Below, piece after piece: positions 9,943 to 18,498 of a stretch of DNA of 64,000 nucleotides. The stretch is from Rickettsiales bacterium (GTDB lineage: Bacteria > Pseudomonadota > Alphaproteobacteria > Rickettsiales > SXRF01), in the NCBI GenBank assembly GCA_041396965.1, contig JAWKXN010000001.1, positions 462,058 to 526,057 on the forward strand, written 5' to 3'. Made by a program: the position numbers and the translations under genes. The notes beneath the pieces are model-generated. The model searched no databases. It was not told where the DNA came from and was given only the letters and a program-made list of their open reading frames with translations. Within the stretch, counting starts at the first letter, position 1. The number at the start of each line of letters is the position of its first letter.

Positions 9943-10368
9943 ATGATAACATTACTCGGTTCTTTATTGGGCTTTATTTCGGCGGCGTTTCCAGATTTGC
10001 TGAAGCTGTTCCGCGACGCACAGGATCGCAAGCACGAGCTGAAAATCCTAGAGATGCAGATGGCGCAGCAAGCGCAAGGTCACACCAACCGGCTTGAAGA
10101 AATCCACGTTGAGGCAGATATTGCCGAAAGCCGCGCCTTATACCGCACCTATAACACCGGCATCAAATGGGTGGATGCACTTAATGGCACAGTGCGCCCG
10201 GTGATCGCGTACAGTTTCTTCATTCTCTATGCGGTGGTGAAGATGATGCAATTCTCAGCCGATCTGCCGTGGTTGCTATGGAGCGAGGAAGATCAGGCGA
10301 TCTTCGCAGGCATCATCAGCTTCTATTTCGGCCAACGCGCCATGAGCAAAGTGCGGGGTGGGAAATGA
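9943..10368 (+). CDS. Putative holin (3-TM, GTA-holin-like)
   Basis: The start was moved to ATG 9943 (MITLLGSLLGF...), which follows a GGGAGG RBS. It has hydrophobic segments at both ends around a coiled-coil middle, and its stop is ATGA-overlapped with the lysozyme start. Confidence 0.55.
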   Translation: MITLLGSLLGFISAAFPDLLKLFRDAQDRKHELKILEMQMAQQAQGHTNRLEEIHVEADIAESRALYRTYNTGIKWVDALNGTVRPVIAYSFFILYAVVKMMQFSADLPWLLWSEEDQAIFAGIISFYFGQRAMSKVRGGK

Positions 10369-10805
10369 GGCGTATCACACAGGATGGTCTTAACCTGATC
10401 AAACGGTTTGAGGGGTTCGAGCCGGAAATCTATCTGGATGCGGCAGGCTTGCCTACGATTGGCTATGGCCATTTGCTGCGACCGGGCGAAGAGGAGATGT
10501 TCAAAAACGGTATCAGCGAAGAAGCAGGTGTAGCGCTTTTGATCAAAGATGTGCTGGTGGCCGAACGTGCCGTGCTGCGCCTGATCCGCGTCCCGCTCAG
10601 CAATGGCCAGTTTGATGCGCTGGTGTCGTTCACCTTCAATCTAGGCAGCGGCGCTCTCCAACGCTCCACCCTCCGGCGCAAGGTCAACCGTGAAGAACAC
10701 GAAGATGTTCCCGCCGAATTCATGCGGTGGGTCTGGGCTGGTGGGCGGAAGCTGAAGGGATTGATCAGGCGGCGGGAAGCTGAGGCTAGGATTTATCTCA
10801 GCTAG
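10365..10805 (+). CDS. Phage lysozyme (GH24 endolysin)
   Basis: Begins MRRITQDGLNLIKRFEGFEPEIYLDAAGLPTIGYGH, which carries the catalytic Glu/Asp/Thr context of T4-type lysozymes. The start was moved from 10269 to 10365 because of the ATGA overlap with the holin. Confidence 0.85.
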   Translation: MRRITQDGLNLIKRFEGFEPEIYLDAAGLPTIGYGHLLRPGEEEMFKNGISEEAGVALLIKDVLVAERAVLRLIRVPLSNGQFDALVSFTFNLGSGALQRSTLRRKVNREEHEDVPAEFMRWVWAGGRKLKGLIRRREAEARIYLS

Positions 10806-11833
10806 AGCTCTTTCAGCTCTTTTTCAATCAACTTGAAGCGCTCTTTAACCTCTTCGCCAGAATAGAATTCTAGTAAATCTTCCTTAGACATATTGCCGTC
10901 TACAAGAAATTTAGCTAGATACCTTTGATTGAAGTCCATCAGCAGTATGCTCTTTTCTAGCTGTGCAAGTATCTTTTTGTTGGTTTCAATATTGCTTAAT
11001 ACTAAGTTTTTTATGCTGATAATTTCACTAATATCTTTAATTATTCTATTGATTATTATTGATAATATGTCCTTGTCCATTTCTACTGGGTGAGCATTTA
11101 CAACAATGTCTCTGGCTAGCATATATGCGATTGCTAAATTGCTATAATCACCTTTTTGAGAGTCAATGATACAAATCAGTCCAACTGCTGGAATATAGCG
11201 AACGTTTTGGATATTATTTAATATCCCACTATCAGCCACAGATATATCCAATACTAAAATGCTTATCCGGCCATCGCGATTAGCTTGCGATTCTATCAGC
11301 TGACTCCATGCAGTGTCTGTCTTTCTAGTAAAAATATCTTTAGATTCTATATCGCCTAAACGTAGGCTTTTATCGAATTTACATTCGATCACTATCTTAA
11401 GAGAATCATCTCCGTTGACATGGCAAATAATATCCCCAGTCTTGTTCTTAGGTAGTTGTCCGACAGTTGTTCCGGATAGGACTGCTTTGTCCTGCAATCT
11501 TTGAGCAAGAAAGAATTGATTTAAGAATTCGGCCACTTCGTCTTCTGCTATCATTCCTTTAACGGCAGATTTGAAGAATAGTTCTTGCTTCATCTCAAAT
11601 ATCATTTTGAGACTTTCCAATTCTGTTCCTAGCTCGTTAGATGTTTTTGCAAGAAATGCAGAAAGCCTATCTTCCATCAGAGCCAATACCCCAATATATA
11701 TGGCTTTTAGCAGTTTCTCATCACGTTCTACAGCAGGAAGTTTGTCAAAAAAACCAAACACCACTTGGTTATCAAGCTCAAAGCTTTCTAGCTGAACTCT
11801 TTTGTTCTTCTGGTTCAAAGATAGTATTGGCAT
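10802..11833 (-). CDS. Hypothetical protein with a PD-(D/E)xK-like nuclease core flanked by helical/coiled-coil regions
   Basis: 343 aa with the candidate motif D134 ...(15 aa)... E150-C-K152 (KTGDIICHVNGDDSLKIVIECKFDK), preceded by KGMIAEDEVAEFL. This layout recalls RmuC/DUF2130-type nucleases. It starts 2 nt after the KTSC gene stop. Function is inferred, not demonstrated. Confidence 0.45.
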   Translation of the reverse strand: MPILSLNQKNKRVQLESFELDNQVVFGFFDKLPAVERDEKLLKAIYIGVLALMEDRLSAFLAKTSNELGTELESLKMIFEMKQELFFKSAVKGMIAEDEVAEFLNQFFLAQRLQDKAVLSGTTVGQLPKNKTGDIICHVNGDDSLKIVIECKFDKSLRLGDIESKDIFTRKTDTAWSQLIESQANRDGRISILVLDISVADSGILNNIQNVRYIPAVGLICIIDSQKGDYSNLAIAYMLARDIVVNAHPVEMDKDILSIIINRIIKDISEIISIKNLVLSNIETNKKILAQLEKSILLMDFNQRYLAKFLVDGNMSKEDLLEFYSGEEVKERFKLIEKELKEL

Positions 11834-11835
11834 GG

Positions 11836-12051
11836 CTATACCTTACTGTATCTATAGTGGCCTTTTATATCGGACGCCAAATACTTGCCTTGCGATGGAG
11901 CTGACTTGAAATCATTCCAGACCTGAAGTGGCACATCAAAGTAGTGATACACTCCTCCATTATGAAAGCTCACCTCAAGTATCATACTTGTGTCTTCATA
12001 GCGAGCTGAGGCCAAATTTGATGAAGTAAACTCAAAAGATTGCCATGCCAT
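11836..12051 (-). CDS. KTSC domain-containing protein
   Basis: 71 aa. SNLASARYEDTSMILEVSFHNGGVYHYFDVPLQVWNDFKSAPSQGKYLASDIKGHYRY matches the KTSC (lysyl-tRNA synthetase C-terminal-like) small-domain pattern. It starts 2 nt after the HerA stop, and an AAGGAG RBS lies inside the HerA 3' end. Confidence 0.7.
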   Translation of the reverse strand: MAWQSFEFTSSNLASARYEDTSMILEVSFHNGGVYHYFDVPLQVWNDFKSAPSQGKYLASDIKGHYRYSKV

Positions 12052-12053
12052 GC

Positions 12054-13973
12054 TTATTTCTCCTTTTTAGGTTTTGGTTCTGGTAATTTAGGATTTTGTT
12101 GCCTCCAAACGAGACTAAATTCTTCATAGTTTGGATTTTCTTCCATTTTGATTCCCCATCCACCGGGTGAAGTTGACTGATCTGGAGGCAATTCATCACA
12201 GACCACTGGATCATGACTATCTGGTCGTTGCTCTTTGGGCGGAGCTTGAATGATGGTACGCATTGGCAGCCCGACTGCTTCACCAAGAATAATAGACTCA
12301 CCTGTTCGCAAAATAGGGAGCATATTAGTCAGCCCTTCTAAATTATCAGTAATGGCACCCGTGATATGCGCTCTATCTGTGCTGTTACTTAATCGTAAAG
12401 CAAAGAATGTTCCACATTGTGAGAGGATCGTTGAATTTATCTCTGATGGGCGTTGGCTTACTATCATTGCCCCCATCCCATATTTTCGACCTTCCTTGAC
12501 AATTCTTTGCACGATAGAAGAAGCAAGGCCTTGGAAGTTGTCGTTCAAGTACGCATGTGCTTCTTCCATAACCACTAGCAGAGGCCTTTCTCTACCGCCT
12601 TGGGATAGGTTTCTTGCCCAAAAAAGAGCATCATACAATAAGCGAAGCAATATTCCGATTACATCATTGATTATAGTTGTTGGAATTCCAGATAAATCCA
12701 GAATTGTGATAGGTTTCTCTGAACCAATCCACCCTTTCATTAGTTCAGGTAAATCGGATGTTACTCTTCCATCCAGATCGGGAAGCCATTCCCCCGGTTT
12801 GAAGAGAAAATCATATCTAGGGATGCGTAGCTTTGCGCCAAGATTTTCTAGTGATGATCTAATGTTCAAAGGGTCTGGTAGGTAGTTTATTTTTTCAGGA
12901 TCATCTTTAATGTTTTTCACCTTCCTAAAACGAGGAGGTCTTCCAGTCATTGCATCACCAGTTATAAAATTTCCTTCAGCATCTTTTTCGTATGCCCAAT
13001 TTTCAGGAATTGGTGTTTTGTCGTTTGAGTAATAAGTTCCAAATTCTTTGCAATAGAGTTCATGCCATAATGCATGCAAACTAAAAGGAACCGGACTATC
13101 CACACTAAGATTTTCTGGTGATATTCCAAGTTTGGGATACTTCTGCAGGGCTTCCGATTTGTATTGAAGAATCTTTTCTAAAATTATATTTTTTTCTTTG
13201 CTATCAGCGGAGAGGTTGCCAAAGGTAACCTTAACTAACTCGTCAAAGCTCATTGCCCAAAATGGCAAATATAATGGATTCTCATTTGGATTTCTTTTAT
13301 CTGGCGACAGCTTATAAACGTTTGCTTTGTCCCCCAGCGCCTTGCCGTATTCACCATGAATATCCAATACGACTATTCTGGCAGCAGGAAAGCGCTCTTT
13401 ATTTGATAACATTGAGAGCAAGCCTGCAACTGTAGTTGATTTTCCGGAACCAGTTGTACCAACAACGGCAGAGTGTCTAGTGATCAACTTGTTAATGTCT
13501 ACGAGTGCATCAATGGATTCTGCTCCGGCAATATGCCCAACCTTAATCAGGTGATTCTGTTCACCTTTCTTTCCGTAAATTCGAGCGAGGTCTTTCTCTG
13601 AAACCAAATGGACTTCATCGTCTATAGTTGGATATTGAGAAATCCCACGTTGAAATTTTCCTGAATTATAGCCCTCACCAAGAAGCTGAACTTTTATCCA
13701 TCTGTGTCCATACGGCTGCTGTTCAGCAAGATTTTCAGGAACAGCGCTAGCTCCGACCTGAGTGACAATGCCAAACAAGTCAATGTACCCAACAGGAATC
13801 TTAACAAAACTACCTAGTTGCCCGATTCGGTAGCCCTGACCATTAACAAAGGTTAGTCCTGATAAATGATTACCTGAAAGAGTGACACTTACCGATGTGC
13901 CACTAACATCTTGTACCGTCCCAAGCACAGTTGAACCTGTTGCAATCTTACTCATCGCTTTCATCTGCGCCAC
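12054..13973 (-). CDS. herA: HerA-like (DUF87/FtsK-HerA superfamily) ATPase
   Basis: Has Walker A VVGTTGSGKST, Walker B LLVVMEEAHAYL and an N-terminal beta-barrel-like segment (VLGTVQDVSGTSVSVTL...IGQLGSFVKIPV). Its start overlaps the SIR2 gene end by 26 nt. Confidence 0.85.
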   Translation of the reverse strand: MAQMKAMSKIATGSTVLGTVQDVSGTSVSVTLSGNHLSGLTFVNGQGYRIGQLGSFVKIPVGYIDLFGIVTQVGASAVPENLAEQQPYGHRWIKVQLLGEGYNSGKFQRGISQYPTIDDEVHLVSEKDLARIYGKKGEQNHLIKVGHIAGAESIDALVDINKLITRHSAVVGTTGSGKSTTVAGLLSMLSNKERFPAARIVVLDIHGEYGKALGDKANVYKLSPDKRNPNENPLYLPFWAMSFDELVKVTFGNLSADSKEKNIILEKILQYKSEALQKYPKLGISPENLSVDSPVPFSLHALWHELYCKEFGTYYSNDKTPIPENWAYEKDAEGNFITGDAMTGRPPRFRKVKNIKDDPEKINYLPDPLNIRSSLENLGAKLRIPRYDFLFKPGEWLPDLDGRVTSDLPELMKGWIGSEKPITILDLSGIPTTIINDVIGILLRLLYDALFWARNLSQGGRERPLLVVMEEAHAYLNDNFQGLASSIVQRIVKEGRKYGMGAMIVSQRPSEINSTILSQCGTFFALRLSNSTDRAHITGAITDNLEGLTNMLPILRTGESIILGEAVGLPMRTIIQAPPKEQRPDSHDPVVCDELPPDQSTSPGGWGIKMEENPNYEEFSLVWRQQNPKLPEPKPKKEK

Positions 13974-15177
13974 TCAAGCCCTTCAATAGATTGCTAAATT
14001 GTAGAAAATCACCGAGCCTAACTTCGCACTTAGGCTGCTCATCTTCAGATTCCTTTGGTAGTGGGGAGACTATCCCTTCAGGTATATTAGTTCGCATGTC
14101 ATCGTTATATGACCAATTTCCCTTGTTCCTTCCTATAACAGCTCCATCAAATGCTAGCAGGCTCAAATTAGGAGTGCGGAATGAGCATTCGCGTGCCTTT
14201 TTATATTTTTCATCTTCTAATTTTCCAAAAATGAACGCATAGGCCATGCCGGTTGAATTGCTTTCTAGGCATCTGCAAAGCACATCATTTATATGATCAT
14301 CGCTAAATGAATAACCGGAAATAAATAGTATTGAAGATTGCTTCAGCATAAAATCCTTCAACCTATCCAGCATAGCCAAATAAGGCATTTTTCTGCTTTG
14401 ATCATATTTCAAATGAGAGGGATAGATTAGGTGATGATTATCCTTTGCAAGGTCATCACTTCTTACGACATTCTTTTTAGCATCTAGCCGCCAATTTATT
14501 GATCCATGTATTTTCCAATACCTTGTCCATCTTGGCGGAAGCACATGCTCGTTTTCTACGGCACCAAGATCAAAGAAAGCCTTTCTTGATCCAACAAATC
14601 CATCAAAGTATGGGGCGGAAGACTCTTCAAAAGATTGCTCGATGAGTAAGTCATAGTTAGTAGTAAAAATATGCACAGGCTTATCGCGCTCGATAGTCCG
14701 CGTCCATATTGCTAAGTTATGGTAAGGGGACAGAGAGTCTGGCAGAGACTTATTTACTTCTTCGGATATTATTGTGCAAATTTCGGTGTCAAGCGTCTCT
14801 AAGTCCTTAGCAACAAAACCCCTTACGGTTCCTTTTCCAGCTACACTTGCTAGGGCACGAACTTGCGTTAATATATCCTCAATATTAGGCGTATTGCAGC
14901 CATCTTCTTTCATTAAAGAGATCATTTTTTCCCACGAGCTTGGCTCGCTATCTTTTTTACTCTTGAGTCTCTCGGCAATGATATTTGTTAGCCCGGCAAC
15001 ATCGGGAATTAATGGATCAGAAATTTGGTTACCTTCATCATCGTTACGCTGATTAATTCGAACAGATAATGGACAGCCTGCCCCGATAAAGAAACCTATA
15101 GGCTTCTTATTCTGAGATAGTGCTTGCTGAATATAAGACACTTGTCTGTAGGCATCGTGATAACTACTCATTCCCAA
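13948..15177 (-). CDS. SIR2-like (SIR2_2 family) NADase-type defence protein
   Basis: Carries the motifs FFIGAGCPLS, IFTTNYDLLIE and WKIHGSINW, typical of defence-associated SIR2 domains. Its start overlaps the hsdR stop by 14 nt. A spot count at line 14401 gives about 35% GC. Confidence 0.85.
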   Translation of the reverse strand: MGMSSYHDAYRQVSYIQQALSQNKKPIGFFIGAGCPLSVRINQRNDDEGNQISDPLIPDVAGLTNIIAERLKSKKDSEPSSWEKMISLMKEDGCNTPNIEDILTQVRALASVAGKGTVRGFVAKDLETLDTEICTIISEEVNKSLPDSLSPYHNLAIWTRTIERDKPVHIFTTNYDLLIEQSFEESSAPYFDGFVGSRKAFFDLGAVENEHVLPPRWTRYWKIHGSINWRLDAKKNVVRSDDLAKDNHHLIYPSHLKYDQSRKMPYLAMLDRLKDFMLKQSSILFISGYSFSDDHINDVLCRCLESNSTGMAYAFIFGKLEDEKYKKARECSFRTPNLSLLAFDGAVIGRNKGNWSYNDDMRTNIPEGIVSPLPKESEDEQPKCEVRLGDFLQFSNLLKGLSGADESDE

Positions 15178-18148
15178 ACCTCATCATCATTTGGCGCAAA
15201 CTTTCTGGATTCTGAGATAACAGACGCATAATGCTGCTATCGAAAGCGCGTTTGAATTCATCGTCGGAGGCATACTTCTTATAGAGATCAAGCTCTCTGC
15301 GACGCTCGCTATTTACAGCCTGTCCAATAATATCTTCCAGCGCAATCCGGCGGTTTTGCTCGTCGGCATTGTTCAAAACTTTATCCTTGTAGCTTGGGTG
15401 ATTCATGACATGCTGTGCAATGTTAATAAATTTCACGCGCTGTTCCTCTGGCGTCGCATCCCAGCCAGCAAAGAAACGCTCATTAAACGAATTGATAATC
15501 TGATCCAGAGGGTCTTTTTCATTATCACCGCCATGCGCACCACGAGGATTCGGGTTTTGCGGATCAACCTCACTATCAGAAGCATCAAGTCCAATCGTAT
15601 GATTTAGCTTCACGCGTTCAAGCCCATAGGTGGACAGATCAACACTTTCCAGAAGTTCATCAATTTCCTCTGAATCAGGGTCTTTTACCTTCAACTTAGG
15701 AATCAGGAATTTCAGGAACCAGTGCAGCATTTCCCATTCTGGATTATTGAACGGGATGATGCAGGCAACCTGCGCATAAATTTTTACAAACTGTTTGGCC
15801 TTAATTTTGAAATCGGCCTTTTGTTCTTCTGGCAGATCCTCATCAAAACGGGCAACCACCTGATCCAAAACAGGTGAAAGCTGGTCTGCTTCCACGGCAG
15901 CAAAAAACAGCTGGTTAAATTGCTCAACTTCGCCCCGTTCATAAATTCCATAATCATCCAGTGCATCTTTAATATCGTGCAGTACGTTGACATCGGTGGG
16001 CTGGCTAAGCGATGTAGAGGTGTAGAAATCATCAAACGCACTCTTGATGTCTTCTACACTGTTGTAGAAGTCGAGGACAAACGTGTCCTGCTTAGCAAGT
16101 TTATAATTACAACGATTCAGGCGAGAGAGCGTTTGCACTGCCAACACGCCTTGCAGCTTTTTATCGACATACATGCTGTGCAGCATGGGCTCATCAAAGC
16201 CGGTGAGGAATTTATTCGCCACCACCAGTATTTTATATTCATCCTTTTTGAATTCTTTGGGGATGTCATTTCCGGGAAAACCATTGAGGCTGTCTTCCGT
16301 ATGCTCAATCCCGTCCACGACCTTTTTGCCAGTAAACGCAATTACAGGCTTAAACGGCACGCCGCTTTCCTTCAGGACAGTGCGTAAGGCCATGTAATAG
16401 CGGATTGCAGATTCAATATTGCGGGTGACCACCATTGCCTTGGCCTTGCCTCGCAGTTTTTTCGCCTGATAGACATTCTCTATAAAGTGATTAGCGATGA
16501 TATTTGCTTTGGCTTCGATCGTATCACGATGGGCTTCAACATATGCTCGCAGCTTCTTCTGCGCCTTTTTTGTGTTAAATAGCGGGTTGTCTTCAATGGA
16601 TTTTTGTATCTCGTAATAGCTGCGATAGGTGGTGTAGTTAGCCAGCACATCCAGAATAAACCCTTCCTCAATCGCTTGCTTCATGCTGTAGAGGTGGAAG
16701 GGATGAAACTTTCCATCCGCGCTTTGCACGCCAAACTTCTCCAGCGTCGCGTTTTTAGGCGTGGCGGTGAAGGCAAAGAAAGAAGCGTTATTACCCATCT
16801 TTCGACGGTTCATGGCATCAAGGATTTTATCCTGCAAATCTTCAGGCACTTCTTCGCCATCTGCTGCACTGATTACCGCGTTCAATGTATCTGCCGTGCT
16901 GCCACTTTGTGAGGAGTGCGCCTCATCCACGATCACTGCGAATTTGCGATCAGAAAGATCGGCCATGCCATCTACGATGAAGGGAAACTTCTGAATAGTC
17001 GTGATGATTAGCTTCTTGCCATTCTCTAAATGCTGTTTAAGGCCTTGTGCATTGTCACAATGCGCGACGATATTTTTAACTTCGGAAAAGCTCTTGATAT
17101 TGTCTTTCAGCTGCTTATCCAGAATGCGGCGATCCGTCACCACAATCACGCTATCGAAGATATTGGCTGCACCGGTAGGATCATACAGCTCCACCAGCTG
17201 ATAGCCCAACCATGTAATGGAGTTAGATTTCCCTGAGCCTGCTGAGTGCTGAATCAGATATTTATGTCCGGCACCATTAGACTTTGCATGGTTAAGAATT
17301 TTCCGCACCACATCCAGCTGATGATAACGTGGGAAAAACAGCAGCTTCTTTTTCTTCCCTGTTTCTTCGTCCTCTTCCTCAACCAGCTTGGCGAACTGCT
17401 CAATAATGTTAATCAGGCTGTTACGCGTCAGCACTTCTTCCCAAAGATAAGCTGTTTTATGGCCGCCTGAGTTTACAGGATTTCCTTTGCCGTGGTTATG
17501 ACCTTTGTTGAAGGGCAGAAAGTAGGTTCCTTTGCCATCAATCTTCGTGGTCATGAAGACTTCATCCGGATCAACGGCAAAATGCACTAAACAACGCCCA
17601 AATTCAAAGAGCGGCTCGTTTTTATCGCGATCTTCCGCATACTGTTTGCGGGCATGATAAACAGTTTGCCCTGTCCACGGGTTCTTCAGCTCAAAGGTGG
17701 CGATGGGTAAGCCGTTGAGGTAAAGAACCATATCCACAGATTTGAACGTATCCGTGGCAGAATAATGCACTTGCCGCGCAATCGAAAAGATGTTGGAAGC
17801 AAAGGCGCGAATCACATCAGGGTTCAGATCATTATACACGCCGCCATAGCTTAGCTTCAGGTGAGCATCATCAATGGCGAGGCCTTTTTTCAGGACAGCG
17901 AGCATGCCATCTTTTTTGATCTTGCGGTTCAATCGCTCCAATACCAGCCGCTGCCAATCATGCCGCCCGCGCAACTTTTCCAATTCTTCTGGCTGAGTAG
18001 CTTCCAGAAACGCCCAGAACTTGGCTTCATCCACAGCAAATTCAGTGTTAAAATCCGCAGGAGCAGAGGACACATAGCCATCAGCCAGCAATGCTTTCTC
18101 GATATGGGCTTCCAGTGCCGCTTCGTTGGTTTGGCTGGTTTGGATCAT
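15164..18148 (-). CDS. hsdR: Type I restriction enzyme R subunit
   Basis: Has Walker A HSAGSGKSNS and the DEAH box VIVDEAHSSQSG, and is about 995 aa. The start was moved to ATG 18148 (MIQTSQTNEAALEAHIEKAL). The 59-codon upstream extension in the ORF track is low-complexity and covers two palindromes. Confidence 0.9.
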   Translation of the reverse strand: MIQTSQTNEAALEAHIEKALLADGYVSSAPADFNTEFAVDEAKFWAFLEATQPEELEKLRGRHDWQRLVLERLNRKIKKDGMLAVLKKGLAIDDAHLKLSYGGVYNDLNPDVIRAFASNIFSIARQVHYSATDTFKSVDMVLYLNGLPIATFELKNPWTGQTVYHARKQYAEDRDKNEPLFEFGRCLVHFAVDPDEVFMTTKIDGKGTYFLPFNKGHNHGKGNPVNSGGHKTAYLWEEVLTRNSLINIIEQFAKLVEEEDEETGKKKKLLFFPRYHQLDVVRKILNHAKSNGAGHKYLIQHSAGSGKSNSITWLGYQLVELYDPTGAANIFDSVIVVTDRRILDKQLKDNIKSFSEVKNIVAHCDNAQGLKQHLENGKKLIITTIQKFPFIVDGMADLSDRKFAVIVDEAHSSQSGSTADTLNAVISAADGEEVPEDLQDKILDAMNRRKMGNNASFFAFTATPKNATLEKFGVQSADGKFHPFHLYSMKQAIEEGFILDVLANYTTYRSYYEIQKSIEDNPLFNTKKAQKKLRAYVEAHRDTIEAKANIIANHFIENVYQAKKLRGKAKAMVVTRNIESAIRYYMALRTVLKESGVPFKPVIAFTGKKVVDGIEHTEDSLNGFPGNDIPKEFKKDEYKILVVANKFLTGFDEPMLHSMYVDKKLQGVLAVQTLSRLNRCNYKLAKQDTFVLDFYNSVEDIKSAFDDFYTSTSLSQPTDVNVLHDIKDALDDYGIYERGEVEQFNQLFFAAVEADQLSPVLDQVVARFDEDLPEEQKADFKIKAKQFVKIYAQVACIIPFNNPEWEMLHWFLKFLIPKLKVKDPDSEEIDELLESVDLSTYGLERVKLNHTIGLDASDSEVDPQNPNPRGAHGGDNEKDPLDQIINSFNERFFAGWDATPEEQRVKFINIAQHVMNHPSYKDKVLNNADEQNRRIALEDIIGQAVNSERRRELDLYKKYASDDEFKRAFDSSIMRLLSQNPESLRQMMMRFGNE

Positions 18149-18174
18149 ACTTTCCCCGCAATCTGTATTTCTTG

Positions 18175-18199
18175 AACTGTTCGGAATTTCCGAACAGTT
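18175..18199. promoter_or_regulatory. Perfect 25-bp palindrome upstream of hsdR (12-bp arms, 1-nt centre)
   Basis: The sequence is aactgttcggaa-t-ttccgaacagtt, 27 nt upstream of the hsdR ATG. It could be an operator or an RNA hairpin. Confidence 0.5.
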
Positions 18200-18215
18200 G
18201 CTGCTGGTCTGTTGT

Positions 18216-18234
18216 GTGCTGAAAATTTCTGCAC
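18216..18234. promoter_or_regulatory. Imperfect 19-bp palindrome directly after the Zn-ribbon gene stop
   Basis: The sequence is gtgctgaaa-a-tttctgcac, with one arm mismatch. Confidence 0.35.
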
Positions 18235-18236
18235 AG

Positions 18237-18485
18237 TTACTTGAATGTCTTTTTAAGCATTTTTGAGAGTTCATCACTGATGGCTTTGGTGGCGTCCTTT
18301 TGGATAGCTGGTTTTTCTTTGGCATAGGCTGCCTTCACCAACTGATCTTTTGTGAACTCCGCACCGCATGCGTTGCAGGTGTAGTGATCCACGCCTTGTT
18401 CAAATGCGAAATCGGTATGCTCGCACTCCAGACAAAAGAGCTCAATCTCTCTATTCACTGCCTTCTCAATTTTCGTCATGTCCAT
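18237..18485 (-). CDS. Small zinc-ribbon protein (CxxC...CxxC) between hsdS and hsdR
   Basis: 82 aa with the ribbon FCLECEHTDFAFEQGVDHYTCNACG and a Lys-rich C-terminal tail. It lies 13 nt downstream of the hsdS stop. Confidence 0.6.
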   Translation of the reverse strand: MDMTKIEKAVNREIELFCLECEHTDFAFEQGVDHYTCNACGAEFTKDQLVKAAYAKEKPAIQKDATKAISDELSKMLKKTFK

Positions 18486-18498
18486 AATATCGCTCCTT

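Noticed and set aside
9681-10031. Minus-strand 116-aa ORF between the LamG-like gene and the holin
   Set aside because: It overlaps three plus-strand ORFs that are chained by ATGA and RBS signals and fit the lysis-cassette context. A minus-strand gene here would break a uniformly plus-strand late operon.
12250-12885. Plus-strand 211-aa ORF antisense to herA, and similar antisense ORFs in hsdR/hsdM (for example 15920..16387, 20505..20804 and 21235..21480)
   Set aside because: They are fully contained in genes with strong catalytic motifs on the opposite strand, and no independent signals support them.
18149-18325. 59-codon N-terminal extension of hsdR in the ORF track (MPKKNQLSKRTPPKPS…)
   Set aside because: The extension is S/N/C-rich and low-complexity, covers two palindromes and overlaps the Zn-ribbon gene's 3' end. 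The conserved-looking HsdR N-terminus begins at the internal ATG 18148.
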